From: an uncultured delta proteobacterium
Lineage (GTDB): Bacteria > Desulfobacterota > Desulfobacteria > Desulfobacterales > Desulfosalsimonadaceae
DNA: 64,000 bases
Assembly (NCBI GenBank): GCA_963826785.1
Contig: CAWGYD010000006.1
Location: forward strand, 416,001 to 480,000
Direction: 5' to 3'
The notes under the pieces are model-generated. The model ran no database searches. It was not told the DNA's origin and saw only the letters and a program-made list of their open reading frames with translations. A program made the translations under genes and the position numbers. Positions 43,883 to 54,087 of this stretch are shown piece after piece; the stretch's first letter is position 1, and each line of letters starts with the position of its first letter.

Positions 43883-45358
43883 ATGCCCATTGACGCAAAT
43901 TATCCCCCGGCATGGTTTCAGACCCGCAGCCGGTGCTCCTTTTCCAATCTGCCGGTAACGTACCCGGAAGTGTTGACGGGCATTGATCCGGCCGGCGGAT
44001 ACCGCCTCGAAATCGCCAAACTGGGAGACCGGATCCTCCTGCTCAGGGCCACGGGTTTTGTCGTGGCCGCCCAGATGACCCGGACCCTGGCATTTTCCGA
44101 TGAATTTATATCCCGCAACTTTGATCCGGATATCGGGCTGGTGGTGATCGAGGATTATGCCAAAGTCAAGGGCGCAGACTTTGCGGCCCGGAAAAAGTAT
44201 TTCGACTATTTTCGAACCCGCAACTTTATCGGCGGGGTGCTGTATCACCTGGCGCCGCTGCCGAGAATCAGCTTTAACCTGGCCCGCAGGCTTCATTTCG
44301 ACCGCAAACCGGCCTACGCGGTGGATACGTATGAACAGGCAATTGCACTTGCGCTCAAAATCATTGCCCGGCATGAAAAAGATTCAATTCGCGCCCCATC
44401 CGTATCTTCAGCCACACGTCCGCTGCGGTTTTTTTCTCGTCTGCTGAACCGGTTCTATGAAATGCTGACATGCCGGTGCGCCGCGGCCTTGCTCGATTAT
44501 ATTGAATCCATCGACTGGCAGCGGGAAGGAATTAATTTCATCGACAGCCGCACATATGAAAACCGCCACTTTCGAAAGGTTTTTGACGCGATCGGCCGCA
44601 CCAAATCCGAACTTGACCTGCTGATCAAAGAGCGGCTGCAGGTGGAAAATCGGCTGCTGCAATACCAGTCAAAGCTCCAGCGGCTCTCCATCCAGCTGTC
44701 CATGACTGAAGAAAAGCAGCGGCGGGAACTGGCCTCCAGGCTGCACGAGGAGATCGGCCAGGAGCTGTTCGTGACGATCCTGCAGTTGAATGCCCTCGAA
44801 AAAAAAGTCCAAGATCATCCCGAAACGGGGGAAGCGATCAAAAAAATCAAGGATAATCAGCTGGCCATGATCAGCAGAATCCGGACGATGACTTTTGATT
44901 TGAGTCCGCCGGTCCTCTATGATCTCGGACTGAAGGAGGCGGTGGAATGCCTGGCGGACACCATCCATTCCCGGCACAATCTGCAGGTAGAGCCGCGATT
45001 TCAGGGCGATATGGAGGCCATTGCGGGCGATATGAAAATCATCCTGTACCGCAATATCAAGGAACTGGTGCATAATGCGGTCAAACACGCCCGTTCGGAT
45101 CAGGTGCGCATCGATATCCGCAGTCACGGGGGTGTTGTGGAGGTGTCGGTCAGTGATGATGGAGATGGGTTTGATACCGACCCTTCGGCTGGAAACAGTG
45201 AATCCGGCAGCGGGTATGGACTGTTCGATATCCGTGAAAAACTGAGCCATCTGGGCGGCAGGCTAAAGATTGTTTCCACCCCGGGCAACGGCACGACCGT
45301 GCACATGAAAGTGCCCCTGGCGGCAGACGATGGACTCGCGCTCAAAACCATGAACTAA
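43883..45358 (+). CDS. Cytoplasmic HisKA_3-type histidine kinase with uncharacterised N-terminal domain
   Basis: RRELASRLHEEIGQ, LSPPVL, ELVHNAVKHA, DDGDGF, GYGL, GTT. Confidence 0.88.
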   Translation: MPIDANYPPAWFQTRSRCSFSNLPVTYPEVLTGIDPAGGYRLEIAKLGDRILLLRATGFVVAAQMTRTLAFSDEFISRNFDPDIGLVVIEDYAKVKGADFAARKKYFDYFRTRNFIGGVLYHLAPLPRISFNLARRLHFDRKPAYAVDTYEQAIALALKIIARHEKDSIRAPSVSSATRPLRFFSRLLNRFYEMLTCRCAAALLDYIESIDWQREGINFIDSRTYENRHFRKVFDAIGRTKSELDLLIKERLQVENRLLQYQSKLQRLSIQLSMTEEKQRRELASRLHEEIGQELFVTILQLNALEKKVQDHPETGEAIKKIKDNQLAMISRIRTMTFDLSPPVLYDLGLKEAVECLADTIHSRHNLQVEPRFQGDMEAIAGDMKIILYRNIKELVHNAVKHARSDQVRIDIRSHGGVVEVSVSDDGDGFDTDPSAGNSESGSGYGLFDIREKLSHLGGRLKIVSTPGNGTTVHMKVPLAADDGLALKTMN

Positions 45359-45365
45359 AGCCAAA

Positions 45366-45395
45366 TCGCCACACCCGAAAGCGGGCATGGCGATC
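45366..45395. terminator. Hairpin between convergent kinase and fabH genes
   Basis: atcgcca..cccgaaagcggg..tggcgat. Confidence 0.55.
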
Positions 45396-45400
45396 ATTTC

Positions 45401-46420
45401 TTAGTATCGGGCGATGCCCGCCCCCCAGGTGAAACCGGAGCCGAACCCCACCATCAGGATCAGATCGCCGCGCTTGATGGTGCCGTTGACGGTGTATTCA
45501 TCCAGCAGCAGGGGGATGGTGGCCGCGGTGGTGTTGCCGTATTTATGGATATTGGCCAGCACCTTTTCTTCGGGAATGCCCATGTACTGGGCGGCCATGT
45601 CGTTGATGCGTTTGTTGGCCTGATGGGGCAGGACCCAGTCGACATCCGCAGCGGTCAGGCCCAGGTTTTCCAGGCTGGAGAGGCTCACTTCAGCCATGCG
45701 ACGCACCGCGTTGGCAAACAGGTTTTTCGGGTTGGGCATCTCCGGAAACAGGACCTGGTTTTGAGATTCATCTGAAGGGTCATAATAGACGATGGGTTTT
45801 CTGCCGATATCGAACAGGATCAGGTGAACGCCGTTTAGCGCCCCTTTTCCATCCGCGTGCACCCGGGTGCTCAGGATCATGGATTTTTCATCCACTGCCT
45901 TTGAAATCACCGCACAGGCGGCGCCGTCTCCGAACAGGACGGTGACGGCCCGGCCCCGGTCATTGTATTCCAGGGCATTGGAATGAAGTTCGGCCCCCAT
46001 CAGCAAAACGTTTTCATACATTCCCGTCTCGACAAACGCCTGGGCCATCTGCAGGCCGTAGATAAATCCGCTGCACTGCTGGCGGATGTCATAGCAGGGG
46101 ATGTGGCGCTCCGCCCATCCCAGCTTGTCCTGAAGAAACACCCCCGCACCCGGAAAATGAAAGTCAGGGCTCAGGGTCGCATAGATGATGCAGTCGATCT
46201 CCTCTTCTTTTACCGCGCCCTTGGAAAGCATGTTTTTCACCGCGCGCAGGGCCAGGTCCGAACACCGGTCTCCTTTATCGGCATAGCGGCGCTCCCGGAT
46301 GCCGGACCGCTTTTGGATCCATTCGTCGCTGGTCTCCATCAATTGGGCCAGGTCGTTATTTTTAACCACTGTGTCGGGAACATACATCCCGGTAGACCGA
46401 ATATATGCGCGATTGTTCAT
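45401..46420 (-). CDS. fabH: 3-oxoacyl-ACP synthase III family
   Basis: TSDEWI..RSGI, QQCSGF, LFGDGA, PHQAN, YGNT, GFGSGFTWG. Confidence 0.88.
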   Translation of the reverse strand: MNNRAYIRSTGMYVPDTVVKNNDLAQLMETSDEWIQKRSGIRERRYADKGDRCSDLALRAVKNMLSKGAVKEEEIDCIIYATLSPDFHFPGAGVFLQDKLGWAERHIPCYDIRQQCSGFIYGLQMAQAFVETGMYENVLLMGAELHSNALEYNDRGRAVTVLFGDGAACAVISKAVDEKSMILSTRVHADGKGALNGVHLILFDIGRKPIVYYDPSDESQNQVLFPEMPNPKNLFANAVRRMAEVSLSSLENLGLTAADVDWVLPHQANKRINDMAAQYMGIPEEKVLANIHKYGNTTAATIPLLLDEYTVNGTIKRGDLILMVGFGSGFTWGAGIARY

Positions 46421-46723
46421 CTGTTGAAATCCCTTTCCTGGTTAACCAGCCACTTCATGCCGCGATACAGATCCGTCGTTCTCCATTTTAAGGCGGTACA
46501 ATACCACAAGAAAAGACACACTGCAATTTTTCATGCAGTCCCGGAAAATTCCAATGACCAAATGCACCCCGTGCAAAAAAGCGATGCACGTTCTGGGCGG
46601 AAAGGTATGATTATATCGGGTGGACAGAAGCAGATCGGAAATTTGGAACTTCTTTCTGATGATTAATTACTTATGATATAGTAAATTGTAAAAGCATCTT
46701 CTGATCGAAGAGTTGATAATTTT

Positions 46724-47897
46724 ATGATACGAAATCAAATTATTACTATTCAACAAGGATTGATCATTGCCTGTGTTGGTTTTCTTTGCATCATCTCCGG
46801 TTTATACAAGCGATTCAAGTAAAGAGATTTTATTCCAAGCCGCGAAGGAAGGCGATGTTCAAGTTATTAAAGATCTAATGCTCAATGGCGCAAATTTTAA
46901 CGCAAAAACAGATACAGGATGGACTGCTCTGATGTTAGCGACTTGGGCAGGCCATATGAATGTTTTCAATGAATTGATTTTAAATGGCGCCGATGTAAAC
47001 GCAAAAGCAAATGATGGCGTGACTGCTTTGATGTTAGCGGCTTGTAATGGGAACGGCGATTTTGCCAGATTGCTGCTGGCCAAGGGCGCGAATCTGAATG
47101 CACAAAATAAAAATGGCATGACGGCTCTTATGTTTGCGGTTTCCTCCGGGCATGAAAATATCGTGAAAGAGCTGTTGGCTAAAGGTACGAAAGCAAATAC
47201 AAAGAACTCAGCAGGACAGACTGCTTTGATGCTTGCAGCCCTCAACGGTGATATTGATGTTGTTAGCGCGTTGACCGCAAAGGGCGCGGATGTGAACGAA
47301 AAAGATAAATTTGATGTGACCGTTCTGATGTTTGCAGCCCTTAATGGCAAGATAGAGGTTGTAAGAATGCTGATAGAAAAGGGCGCAAATATAAATTCAC
47401 AATCCAATAACGGGACATCCGCTTTGATGTATGCTGCTATGTTTGGCAACGCTATGGCCGCCAAAGAGCTAATTGCGAATGGCGCAAATATTAACGCAAA
47501 ACGGATGGATGGAAGAACCTGTTTAATGATAGGGGCTTTAAGGGGGCATAAAGAAATTGTCGAATTGCTGCTGAACGGTGATACGGATGTGAATGCAAGG
47601 ATGGATAATGGAACCACTGCCCTAATGGGGGCGGCGCAAAACGGTTACTCGGATATCGTCACATATTTAATGGCTGAGGGGGCAGATGTAAACGCAAAAC
47701 AAGATGATGGCACAACTGCCCTAATGCTTGCGGCTTTAAATGGAAAAGTGGATGTAGTCAAGGCTCTCATTTCAAATAATGCAGATGTAAATGCGAAAGA
47801 TCTTAAGGGAGAATCTGCTTTGACTATGGCCATTAAAAGTGATGTGGGAGACCACAAAGAGATTGTCGAATTATTAAAACAAGCAGGGGCAAGATGA
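46724..47897 (+). CDS. Secreted ankyrin-repeat protein (apparent +1 frameshift ~46771 in the signal peptide)
   Basis: ~11 repeats G.TALM.AA..G...V..L...GADVN; removing one C joins MIRNQIITIQQGLIIA to VLVFFASS; AT-rich. Confidence 0.9.
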
Positions 47898-47969
47898 AAC
47901 AGAGTAAATAGTGAAGCTTGATTCCAGAGATACACCTCATCGAACCAATAAGATCACAGGAGGCCTAAA

Positions 47970-48170
47970 ATGAAAGTAAATGAAGGATTGCTTGACAGAT
48001 TGGTAAGGGTGATAGCCGCCGTTGTCATTATTTGGGCTTTTTTGACGGGCAAATTACCAGGGAATTGGGCCTTACTGCTGATTTTCAGTGGCACTTTTCT
48101 GATGACCGCTTTTACAGGATATTGCCCGCTCTATCCGGTCATCGGAATGAATACGGCAAAGCGATCGTGA
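47970..48170 (+). CDS. DUF2892 / YgaP-like small membrane protein
   Basis: NEG.LDR..R, two TM segments, GYCPLY..IG; aggagg RBS. Confidence 0.88.
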   Translation: MKVNEGLLDRLVRVIAAVVIIWAFLTGKLPGNWALLLIFSGTFLMTAFTGYCPLYPVIGMNTAKRS

Positions 48171-48395
48171 TTGGGCGGGAGAAGAACGGATTTTATGGAT
48201 AAGAACGCATCGGGCATTCCTGAGTACAGGAAAAGCCACATCAGTTCCACTCCATAGCTGAAATCTGAACGGGTAGGGCTGGGCCAGCCGGACCAAAGGC
48301 GGATATTCTCTAATCTTCTGAATCAATTCGTCTTAAACGCTTGTATGCTATTCTCAACCGATAAAATCAATATTAGCGGAGCCTTCTGTGCGCAG

Positions 48396-48620
48396 ATGAA
48401 AAGGACGACAATAATCATCATAGTTGCAAGCCTTATGCTGGCTAATCCGGTTTTAGCCTCTGAACTTGACAACAAACGACCTATGCCGTGGGCTCAACCC
48501 GTTAATCTTGATGGTGTGCCCAACCTGCATAAGGTTACCGACAATCTTTCCGAGTGGATTCAGAAGCTTGATGTAGAATCACTCAAAAAAGAGGCTGGAA
48601 TTGCGATCAGCACAGAACCT
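48396..48620 (+). pseudogene. Internally deleted secreted tyrosine/dual-specificity phosphatase-like gene
   Basis: Signal peptide + RP..WAQPV.LDGVPNLHKV.DNL runs straight into a C-terminal-like IQKLDVESLKKEAGI; no CX5R motif. Confidence 0.5.
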
Positions 48621-48674
48621 CGCTGCTGCAGGGGACGGCAAAAAGCGCGTCTGCCCCGAACAGCCACTTGGGGC
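48612..48674 (+). other. Degenerate attC-like palindrome
   Basis: acagaac ... gctgcaggggacg-gcaaaaagcg-cgtctgccccgaacagc ... ttggggc; 63 bp, bulged hairpin at a gene end; right core not canonical. Confidence 0.35.
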
Positions 48675-48916
48675 GCTTTGGCCCGGATGCATGCCTTTTT
48701 CGCCCCACATTATTTGAACACTGATGCCCCGCTGCGCTCCAGCTGGAACCATGATGATTAGGCGGCGAGCCTGCTCATTGACGAGCATCTTTCCTGCTCC
48801 AGTTCATTGGCCAGCCCCACCAGATTGTAAAATCTGGCGCGATACCCGTTTCGCACCGTCTGGGCGGTTATGCAAATATAAGGGCCAACTGCAGAATGTA
48901 TCTTCAAGACCAAAAT

Positions 48917-49001
48917 GGGTGGTTTTTCGGTGGTTATTTTTGAAATGGGGCACGCATGAAAATAAAAAAGGGTCACGACCTTTAGCCATAACCCTTTGAT
49001 T
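48917..49001. other. att-site-like relic next to the tRNA 3' end
   Basis: Exact IHF consensus taa-ccct-ttgatt (48989-49001), hairpin aaagggt...accctttg, tandem ggtggtt repeats (48918, 48929). Confidence 0.5.
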
Positions 49002-49008
49002 TCTTAAA

Positions 49009-49095
49009 TGGTGCCGGAGGCGAGACTTGAACTCGCACACCCTTGCGGGCGGAGGATTTTGAGTCCTCTGCGTCTACCAATTCCACCACTCCGGC
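49009..49095 (-). tRNA. tRNA-Leu (CAA)
   Basis: gccggag acceptor stem, anticodon arm gagga-ctCAAaa-tcctc, long variable arm, gttcaag T-loop, encoded CCA; 87 nt. Confidence 0.97.
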
Positions 49096-49106
49096 GCGTA
49101 CACAAC

Positions 49107-49135
49107 CTTATAAGGAAGATTGCATCTCATGTCAA
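49107..49135 (-). promoter_or_regulatory. Sigma-70 promoter of tRNA-Leu
   Basis: ttgaca-17 bp-tataag, 11 bp upstream of the tRNA. Confidence 0.8.
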
Positions 49136-49422
49136 TACATTGAAAGACAAAAACAGACCGGCCCGGGCCTGAAAATTTCAAAGGGCGCAATTTCGTATTT
49201 GATATTGCCACTTGAAGGTTCCTGTGCTAAAAAATGTCATAATTACAAGATAATGGATGGTTCCGGGCTCCGAAAATGTTTAAGGCCGTACCGGTGGTCG
49301 TCTGCTGGTATAGGGATGAGGTCTCCGGTGAAGATGATTAACCGGACATCGCTTTTTCTTCTGTCAGGACTTTTTGTTATTTAGGCCTGCATCAAAAATA
49401 TGATGAAAGCATTGATATCCTC

Positions 49423-50913
49423 GTGATGAGCCCTTTCAAGGCAAATAAACCCCCTTCTCCGGCCTGGTTCCGGCAGGCAGGCTTCTGCCGGCACTCCGGT
49501 TTGCCGGTCGCCTTTCCGGAGGTGTTTGTCAGCCCCCATGCGGACAGTTCCTACAGGGTCGAACTGGCCCGGCTGGGTGAAAAAATTCTCCTGGTCAGGG
49601 CCGCCGGATATGTCCGCTCCCACGAGATATCCGATTCCATCGAATTTACCGATGCTTTTATTTTGACCCATTTTGAAGAAAAGGGCGGGATTGTCATAAT
49701 CGAAGATTACGCCGCTGTCAAAGGAGCGGATTCCAAAGCCCGAAAAATATATTTTGATTATTTCATTAACAGCGGAATTTTTTTGGGTGGGATTATATAT
49801 AATGTCCCTCTTTTGTTCAAGATCAGCTTCAACATGGCCAAGCGGCTCCACATGAAGGCCAAGCCCGTGTACATGGCGAACACCTATGAACAGGCCCTGG
49901 ATATCGCCCTTGACCTTCTTCGAGGGGGGCCTTTGGAATCTTCTGGTGCGGCGCCGGCGGGTTCAACCGGATCGACCGGCCATATCCATCGTAGACTCAA
50001 GGTGCTGGCCCTGAACATGATGGATCGGTTTCGCATTTTGCCCACACGGCTCTATTCCGAGGCCGTGCTGGATTATATCTATTCCATCGACTGGCAGAAG
50101 GACGGCCGGAATCAGTTTGAAATCCGCGTGCCGTCAAATCAGTATTTAAAATCCGTTCTGGACGGAATCTCTTTCATCAAATCAGAAATTGATGCCCTGC
50201 TCCTTCAAAAAGATAAAGCCGAAGCGGAATTGCTCGATTATCAGTCCCGCCTGAAGAAGCTGTCGGTACAGTTATCCATGGCCGAAGAACGGCAGCGTCG
50301 GGAATTGGCCTCCCAACTGCATGAAAAAATCGGACAGGATCTGTTTGTCGCCTACATGCAGATCAGCGCCATGGAAAAATCAGGAGAGTTTGGCAAACTG
50401 GCCGAGGTCAAGGCGCATATCCAGAAAATCATCAGGGAAACCAAGACCCTCACCTTTGATCTGAGCCCTCCGGTGCTCTATGATTTTGGAATCCGGGAAG
50501 CACTGGAAAGTCTGGCCGAATCCGTAAATTCTAAATATGGGCTGGCGGTGTGGCCCCGGTTTGAAGGCGATATGGACCACCTTTCCGATGAGATCAAGAT
50601 TATCCTGTACCGGAGCATCAACGAACTCATCCATAACAGCGTAAAACATGCCCATTCCGAACAAATCCGCATTTGCATCAAAAATTGCCGGCAGTGCCTT
50701 CAGGTGGAGGTCTCAGATGACGGCAGGGGATTTGCCCTCCCATCCGCCGGGGAAGGATTCGGGCTGTTCGATATCCGGGAAAAAATGAGCCATCTGGGCG
50801 GCCACATGGAGATCCGTTCGGCACCGGGTAAAGGAACCACCGTTTGCCTCAGTGTGCCCCTGCCGGAAGCGGTTGCGGGAACTGATCGCGCCGGCAAGAC
50901 AGTCAAAATGTGA
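49423..50913 (+). CDS. Cytoplasmic HisKA_3-type histidine kinase, paralog of 43883..45358
   Basis: RRELASQLHEKIGQ, ELIHNSVKHA, DDGRGF, GFGL; full-length similarity to the paralog. Confidence 0.88.
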   Translation: MMSPFKANKPPSPAWFRQAGFCRHSGLPVAFPEVFVSPHADSSYRVELARLGEKILLVRAAGYVRSHEISDSIEFTDAFILTHFEEKGGIVIIEDYAAVKGADSKARKIYFDYFINSGIFLGGIIYNVPLLFKISFNMAKRLHMKAKPVYMANTYEQALDIALDLLRGGPLESSGAAPAGSTGSTGHIHRRLKVLALNMMDRFRILPTRLYSEAVLDYIYSIDWQKDGRNQFEIRVPSNQYLKSVLDGISFIKSEIDALLLQKDKAEAELLDYQSRLKKLSVQLSMAEERQRRELASQLHEKIGQDLFVAYMQISAMEKSGEFGKLAEVKAHIQKIIRETKTLTFDLSPPVLYDFGIREALESLAESVNSKYGLAVWPRFEGDMDHLSDEIKIILYRSINELIHNSVKHAHSEQIRICIKNCRQCLQVEVSDDGRGFALPSAGEGFGLFDIREKMSHLGGHMEIRSAPGKGTTVCLSVPLPEAVAGTDRAGKTVKM

Positions 50914-50977
50914 TTTCCATTGGAATTCAGGACATACTCTTGGATGCAAAATGGAATGAGTTTGTTTGCGACAGCTT

Positions 50978-51009
50978 GACACCCCCCTGGCCCCCCTCGA
51001 GGGGGGAAT
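50978..51009. repeat. Single REP arm of the GACACCCCCC family
   Basis: gacacccccctggcccccctcgaggggggaat between convergent genes. Confidence 0.88.
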
Positions 51010-51082
51010 GCATTTGCTCAAATGTAATTTTTTCACCTTGACTCCCGGTTCTTGACTCCCGTTTTCTGATTTTTTTTATCCA

Positions 51083-52615
51083 TCAGTTTTGGGTGGATAC
51101 CGCCATCTTGGCCTCTGTTGCACCTGAATTGACATTCAGCACCTGCGCGTTTTCGTTCCAGCCGCCGCCCAATGCCTTATACAGGGCGGCCAAATTGATG
51201 GAAAGCGTGCCGGCGCTCTGAGTCAGGGCGTCCTCGGTGGCAAAGAGGGCGCGCTGGGCCGTGAGCACGTTTAAAAAATCGGTCTCGCCCTGGGTGTAGA
51301 GCAGGGTGGCCAGTTTCACCGCCTTTTGGTCGGCGGCAACCGCCCGGGCCAGCGCCTTGTAATGTGCTTCTTCCTTTGCCGAGGCGATCAGGGCGTTTTC
51401 CACTTCCTGCAGGGCGGTGAGCACGGTCTGCCGGTAAGCCAGAACGCTCTGCTCCTGCAGGGCCTTTTGGATCTCGATATTGGCGCGGGTCTTTCCGCCG
51501 TCAAACGCCGCCCAGGAGATCCCCGGGCCAATGGACCAGAACCGCTGAACCCAATTGAACATCGACCCGAAGTCGGCCGCCTGGAAGCCGACCGTGCCGG
51601 AGAGGGTGAATTTCGGGAACAGGTCGGCCGTGGCCACCCCGATTCGGGCGGTGGCCGCATGGATCTGCGATTCGGCCAGCCGGATGTCCGGCCGCCGCCG
51701 CAGGAGATCCGAAGGGACGCCGACCGGCACGGCCGGCACCGCAGAGGGGATCGCCTGTTCCGGCGACAGTTCCGGAACCAGTGCCGCCGGGTCCCGCCCC
51801 AGGAGGATGCTGAGGCTGTAAATGGTCTGACGGGCCGAGGCCTCCAGGGTCGGTATCCGGGCGGAGGTGGTCGCCACCTGGGCTTCGGCATTGGCCACAT
51901 CCAGTGCGCCGGCAAATCCGGCGGAAAACCGCTTGCGGGTCAGTTCGGCGGTGTGCTCCTGGGCGGCCAGGTTTCTGCCGGCGATGGCGATCTGCTGCTG
52001 GAGTGTACGGAGATTGATGTAATCCGCCCCCACCTCGGCCGTAAGCGAAACCAGCACGTCTCGCTCGGATTCCACGGCCGCCTGAAGATCGGCATTCGCA
52101 GCCTCGATGCCGCGCCGCACGCCCCCGAAGATATCCAGCTCCCATCCGGCATCGAATCCGGTCTGGTACTGATCGGAAATGTTTCCGCCCCGGATCGCTC
52201 CGATTCCGCCATTGGTCGAAGAGGCGGTCTGTGCCCCCGGGGACCGGCTGTGGCGGTAATCGCCGGTGGCATTGACGGTGGGTGTGATTCCGGCGCCGGC
52301 CAGGCGGACGGCTGCCCGGGCCTGGCGGATGCGGGAGACCGCCTGCTTCAGGTCCAGGTTCGATTCGACCGCCCGCGCCTCCAGGGAGGAGAGGACGGGA
52401 TCATCAAAAACCGTCCACCAGTTCGCCAGGTCCTGTCCGGCAGGCGTTGCTTCCGGCGCCGGCCCGGCCCAGTGGTCGGGAAGTTCGGGGCTGGGGGGCT
52501 TGAAGTTCGGTCCGGCCATGCAGCCGGCAAAAAGGGTGAGTCCAAGAAGGATTGGAACCATCAGAGATCGCGAAAAGACCCGGGACGGCCTTGTTTTGAA
52601 AAACCACATGTTCAA
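51083..52615 (-). CDS. Efflux outer-membrane factor lipoprotein (NodT/OprM family)
   Basis: Lipobox FAGC, WWTVFDDP.L, WELDIFG, LLRRRPDI, LYKALGGGW. Confidence 0.93.
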   Translation of the reverse strand: MNMWFFKTRPSRVFSRSLMVPILLGLTLFAGCMAGPNFKPPSPELPDHWAGPAPEATPAGQDLANWWTVFDDPVLSSLEARAVESNLDLKQAVSRIRQARAAVRLAGAGITPTVNATGDYRHSRSPGAQTASSTNGGIGAIRGGNISDQYQTGFDAGWELDIFGGVRRGIEAANADLQAAVESERDVLVSLTAEVGADYINLRTLQQQIAIAGRNLAAQEHTAELTRKRFSAGFAGALDVANAEAQVATTSARIPTLEASARQTIYSLSILLGRDPAALVPELSPEQAIPSAVPAVPVGVPSDLLRRRPDIRLAESQIHAATARIGVATADLFPKFTLSGTVGFQAADFGSMFNWVQRFWSIGPGISWAAFDGGKTRANIEIQKALQEQSVLAYRQTVLTALQEVENALIASAKEEAHYKALARAVAADQKAVKLATLLYTQGETDFLNVLTAQRALFATEDALTQSAGTLSINLAALYKALGGGWNENAQVLNVNSGATEAKMAVSTQN

Positions 52616-52712
52616 CTCCTGTTCGGATGCGTTGCATTACACTTGCGCCCATGCCGGACCTGGTGAAGCGCAGGCGCAGGAAATAGAGAAACGGTGCACT
52701 GAAATCCCGGCA

Positions 52713-54086
52713 TTATTCATAGCGCAGTGCTTCTATGGGGTTCAGCCGGGACGCTTTCCATGCCGGGTAGAACCCGAAGACCATGCCCACAGTGGCCGAA
52801 ACGATCACCGCGGCGGCAATGGCGGTGGGCGATGTTTCCACCGGCCAGTGCAGGGTGATCCGCACCAGAAAGGACCCGCCGTGCCCCAGGAGAATCCCCA
52901 GGGCGCCGCCCACCAGGCAAAGCACGACGGCCTCGACGATGAACTGGCGCAGGATATCGCGCCTTCGTGCGCCAACCGCCATGCGCAGGCCGATTTCCCG
53001 GGTCCGCTCGGTCACCGACACCAGCATGATGTTCATGATGCCCACGCCCCCCACCAGCAGGGAGATCATGGCCACGCACAACAAGAGATTGGTCATGAGC
53101 AGCGTAGTGGTGGAAAGGGTCTTGATCATTTCGGTCATGTCGCGAATATTGAAGTCGTCCGATGCCTCCGGCCCGATATGGTGACGCTCGCGCAGGACCG
53201 TCGTGATTTCATCGATGGCTGCGGGCGTCTGGTCCGCGCTCCGGGCGGAGCACATGATTTCATCGATGTTGGCAAAGCGGATGGGCATGGGATTGTCGGC
53301 GGCCTGCACGGCCGAGCGCTCCGGGTAGAGGGTGGGCGCAGCGCTGGGATAAAGATTGCTCAGGGTGTTTACCGAATCGCCGGAACTGCCGGAACTGGCG
53401 CTCTGGTTTCCCTGGCTGACGCTCGACCCGGTCACCCGGTACTTGATGGCGGTCCAGGGGGCCACCACGATATCATCCTGGTCCATCCCCATCATGTTGG
53501 ATCCCTTGCTGCCGAGCACACCCACCACCCGGAAAGAGACGTTGTTGATCCGGATTTCCCTGCCGATGGGCGAGGCGCCCAGAAACAGCTCGCGCACCAG
53601 GGTCTGACCCAAAAGGCAGACCTTGTTTCCGTTTAACACGTCGCGCTCGGTGAACACGTCCCCTTCGGCCATTGCCGGCCAGTTCTGGATGTCCAGGTAT
53701 TGCGGGGTGGTCCCGTAGATGAAGGTGGGAATCCAGTTCCGGCTGCCGTAGACGATCTGGGTGCGGGCGCGCACGATGGGGGCCGCGTTCCGGACCGAGG
53801 GGCACTCCTGGACAATGGCATCGACATCTTCGGGGGTCAGGGTTACGGCGCTTCCCGCGCCGAAGGTGACGCCCCCGCTGGAGGCCGTTCCCGAGCGGAT
53901 CATCAGCACATTGGCCCCCATGCCGGCGATGGTTTTCTGGACCGTGGCCGAGGAACCCGCGCCGATTTCCATCATGGCGATGACGGCGCCCACGCCGATG
54001 ACGATCCCCAGGGTGGTCAGCATGGCCCGCATGGGGTTTCGCCGCAGGGCGTTTAACGCCGTCCGAATGGTGCGGTAGATTTTCAT
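52713..54086 (-). CDS. MacB-like ABC permease
   Basis: LTTLGIVIGV, GGVGIMNIMLVSVTERTREIG.R.AVGA, PIEALRYE. Confidence 0.93.
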   Translation of the reverse strand: MKIYRTIRTALNALRRNPMRAMLTTLGIVIGVGAVIAMMEIGAGSSATVQKTIAGMGANVLMIRSGTASSGGVTFGAGSAVTLTPEDVDAIVQECPSVRNAAPIVRARTQIVYGSRNWIPTFIYGTTPQYLDIQNWPAMAEGDVFTERDVLNGNKVCLLGQTLVRELFLGASPIGREIRINNVSFRVVGVLGSKGSNMMGMDQDDIVVAPWTAIKYRVTGSSVSQGNQSASSGSSGDSVNTLSNLYPSAAPTLYPERSAVQAADNPMPIRFANIDEIMCSARSADQTPAAIDEITTVLRERHHIGPEASDDFNIRDMTEMIKTLSTTTLLMTNLLLCVAMISLLVGGVGIMNIMLVSVTERTREIGLRMAVGARRRDILRQFIVEAVVLCLVGGALGILLGHGGSFLVRITLHWPVETSPTAIAAAVIVSATVGMVFGFYPAWKASRLNPIEALRYE

Positions 54087-54087
54087 G

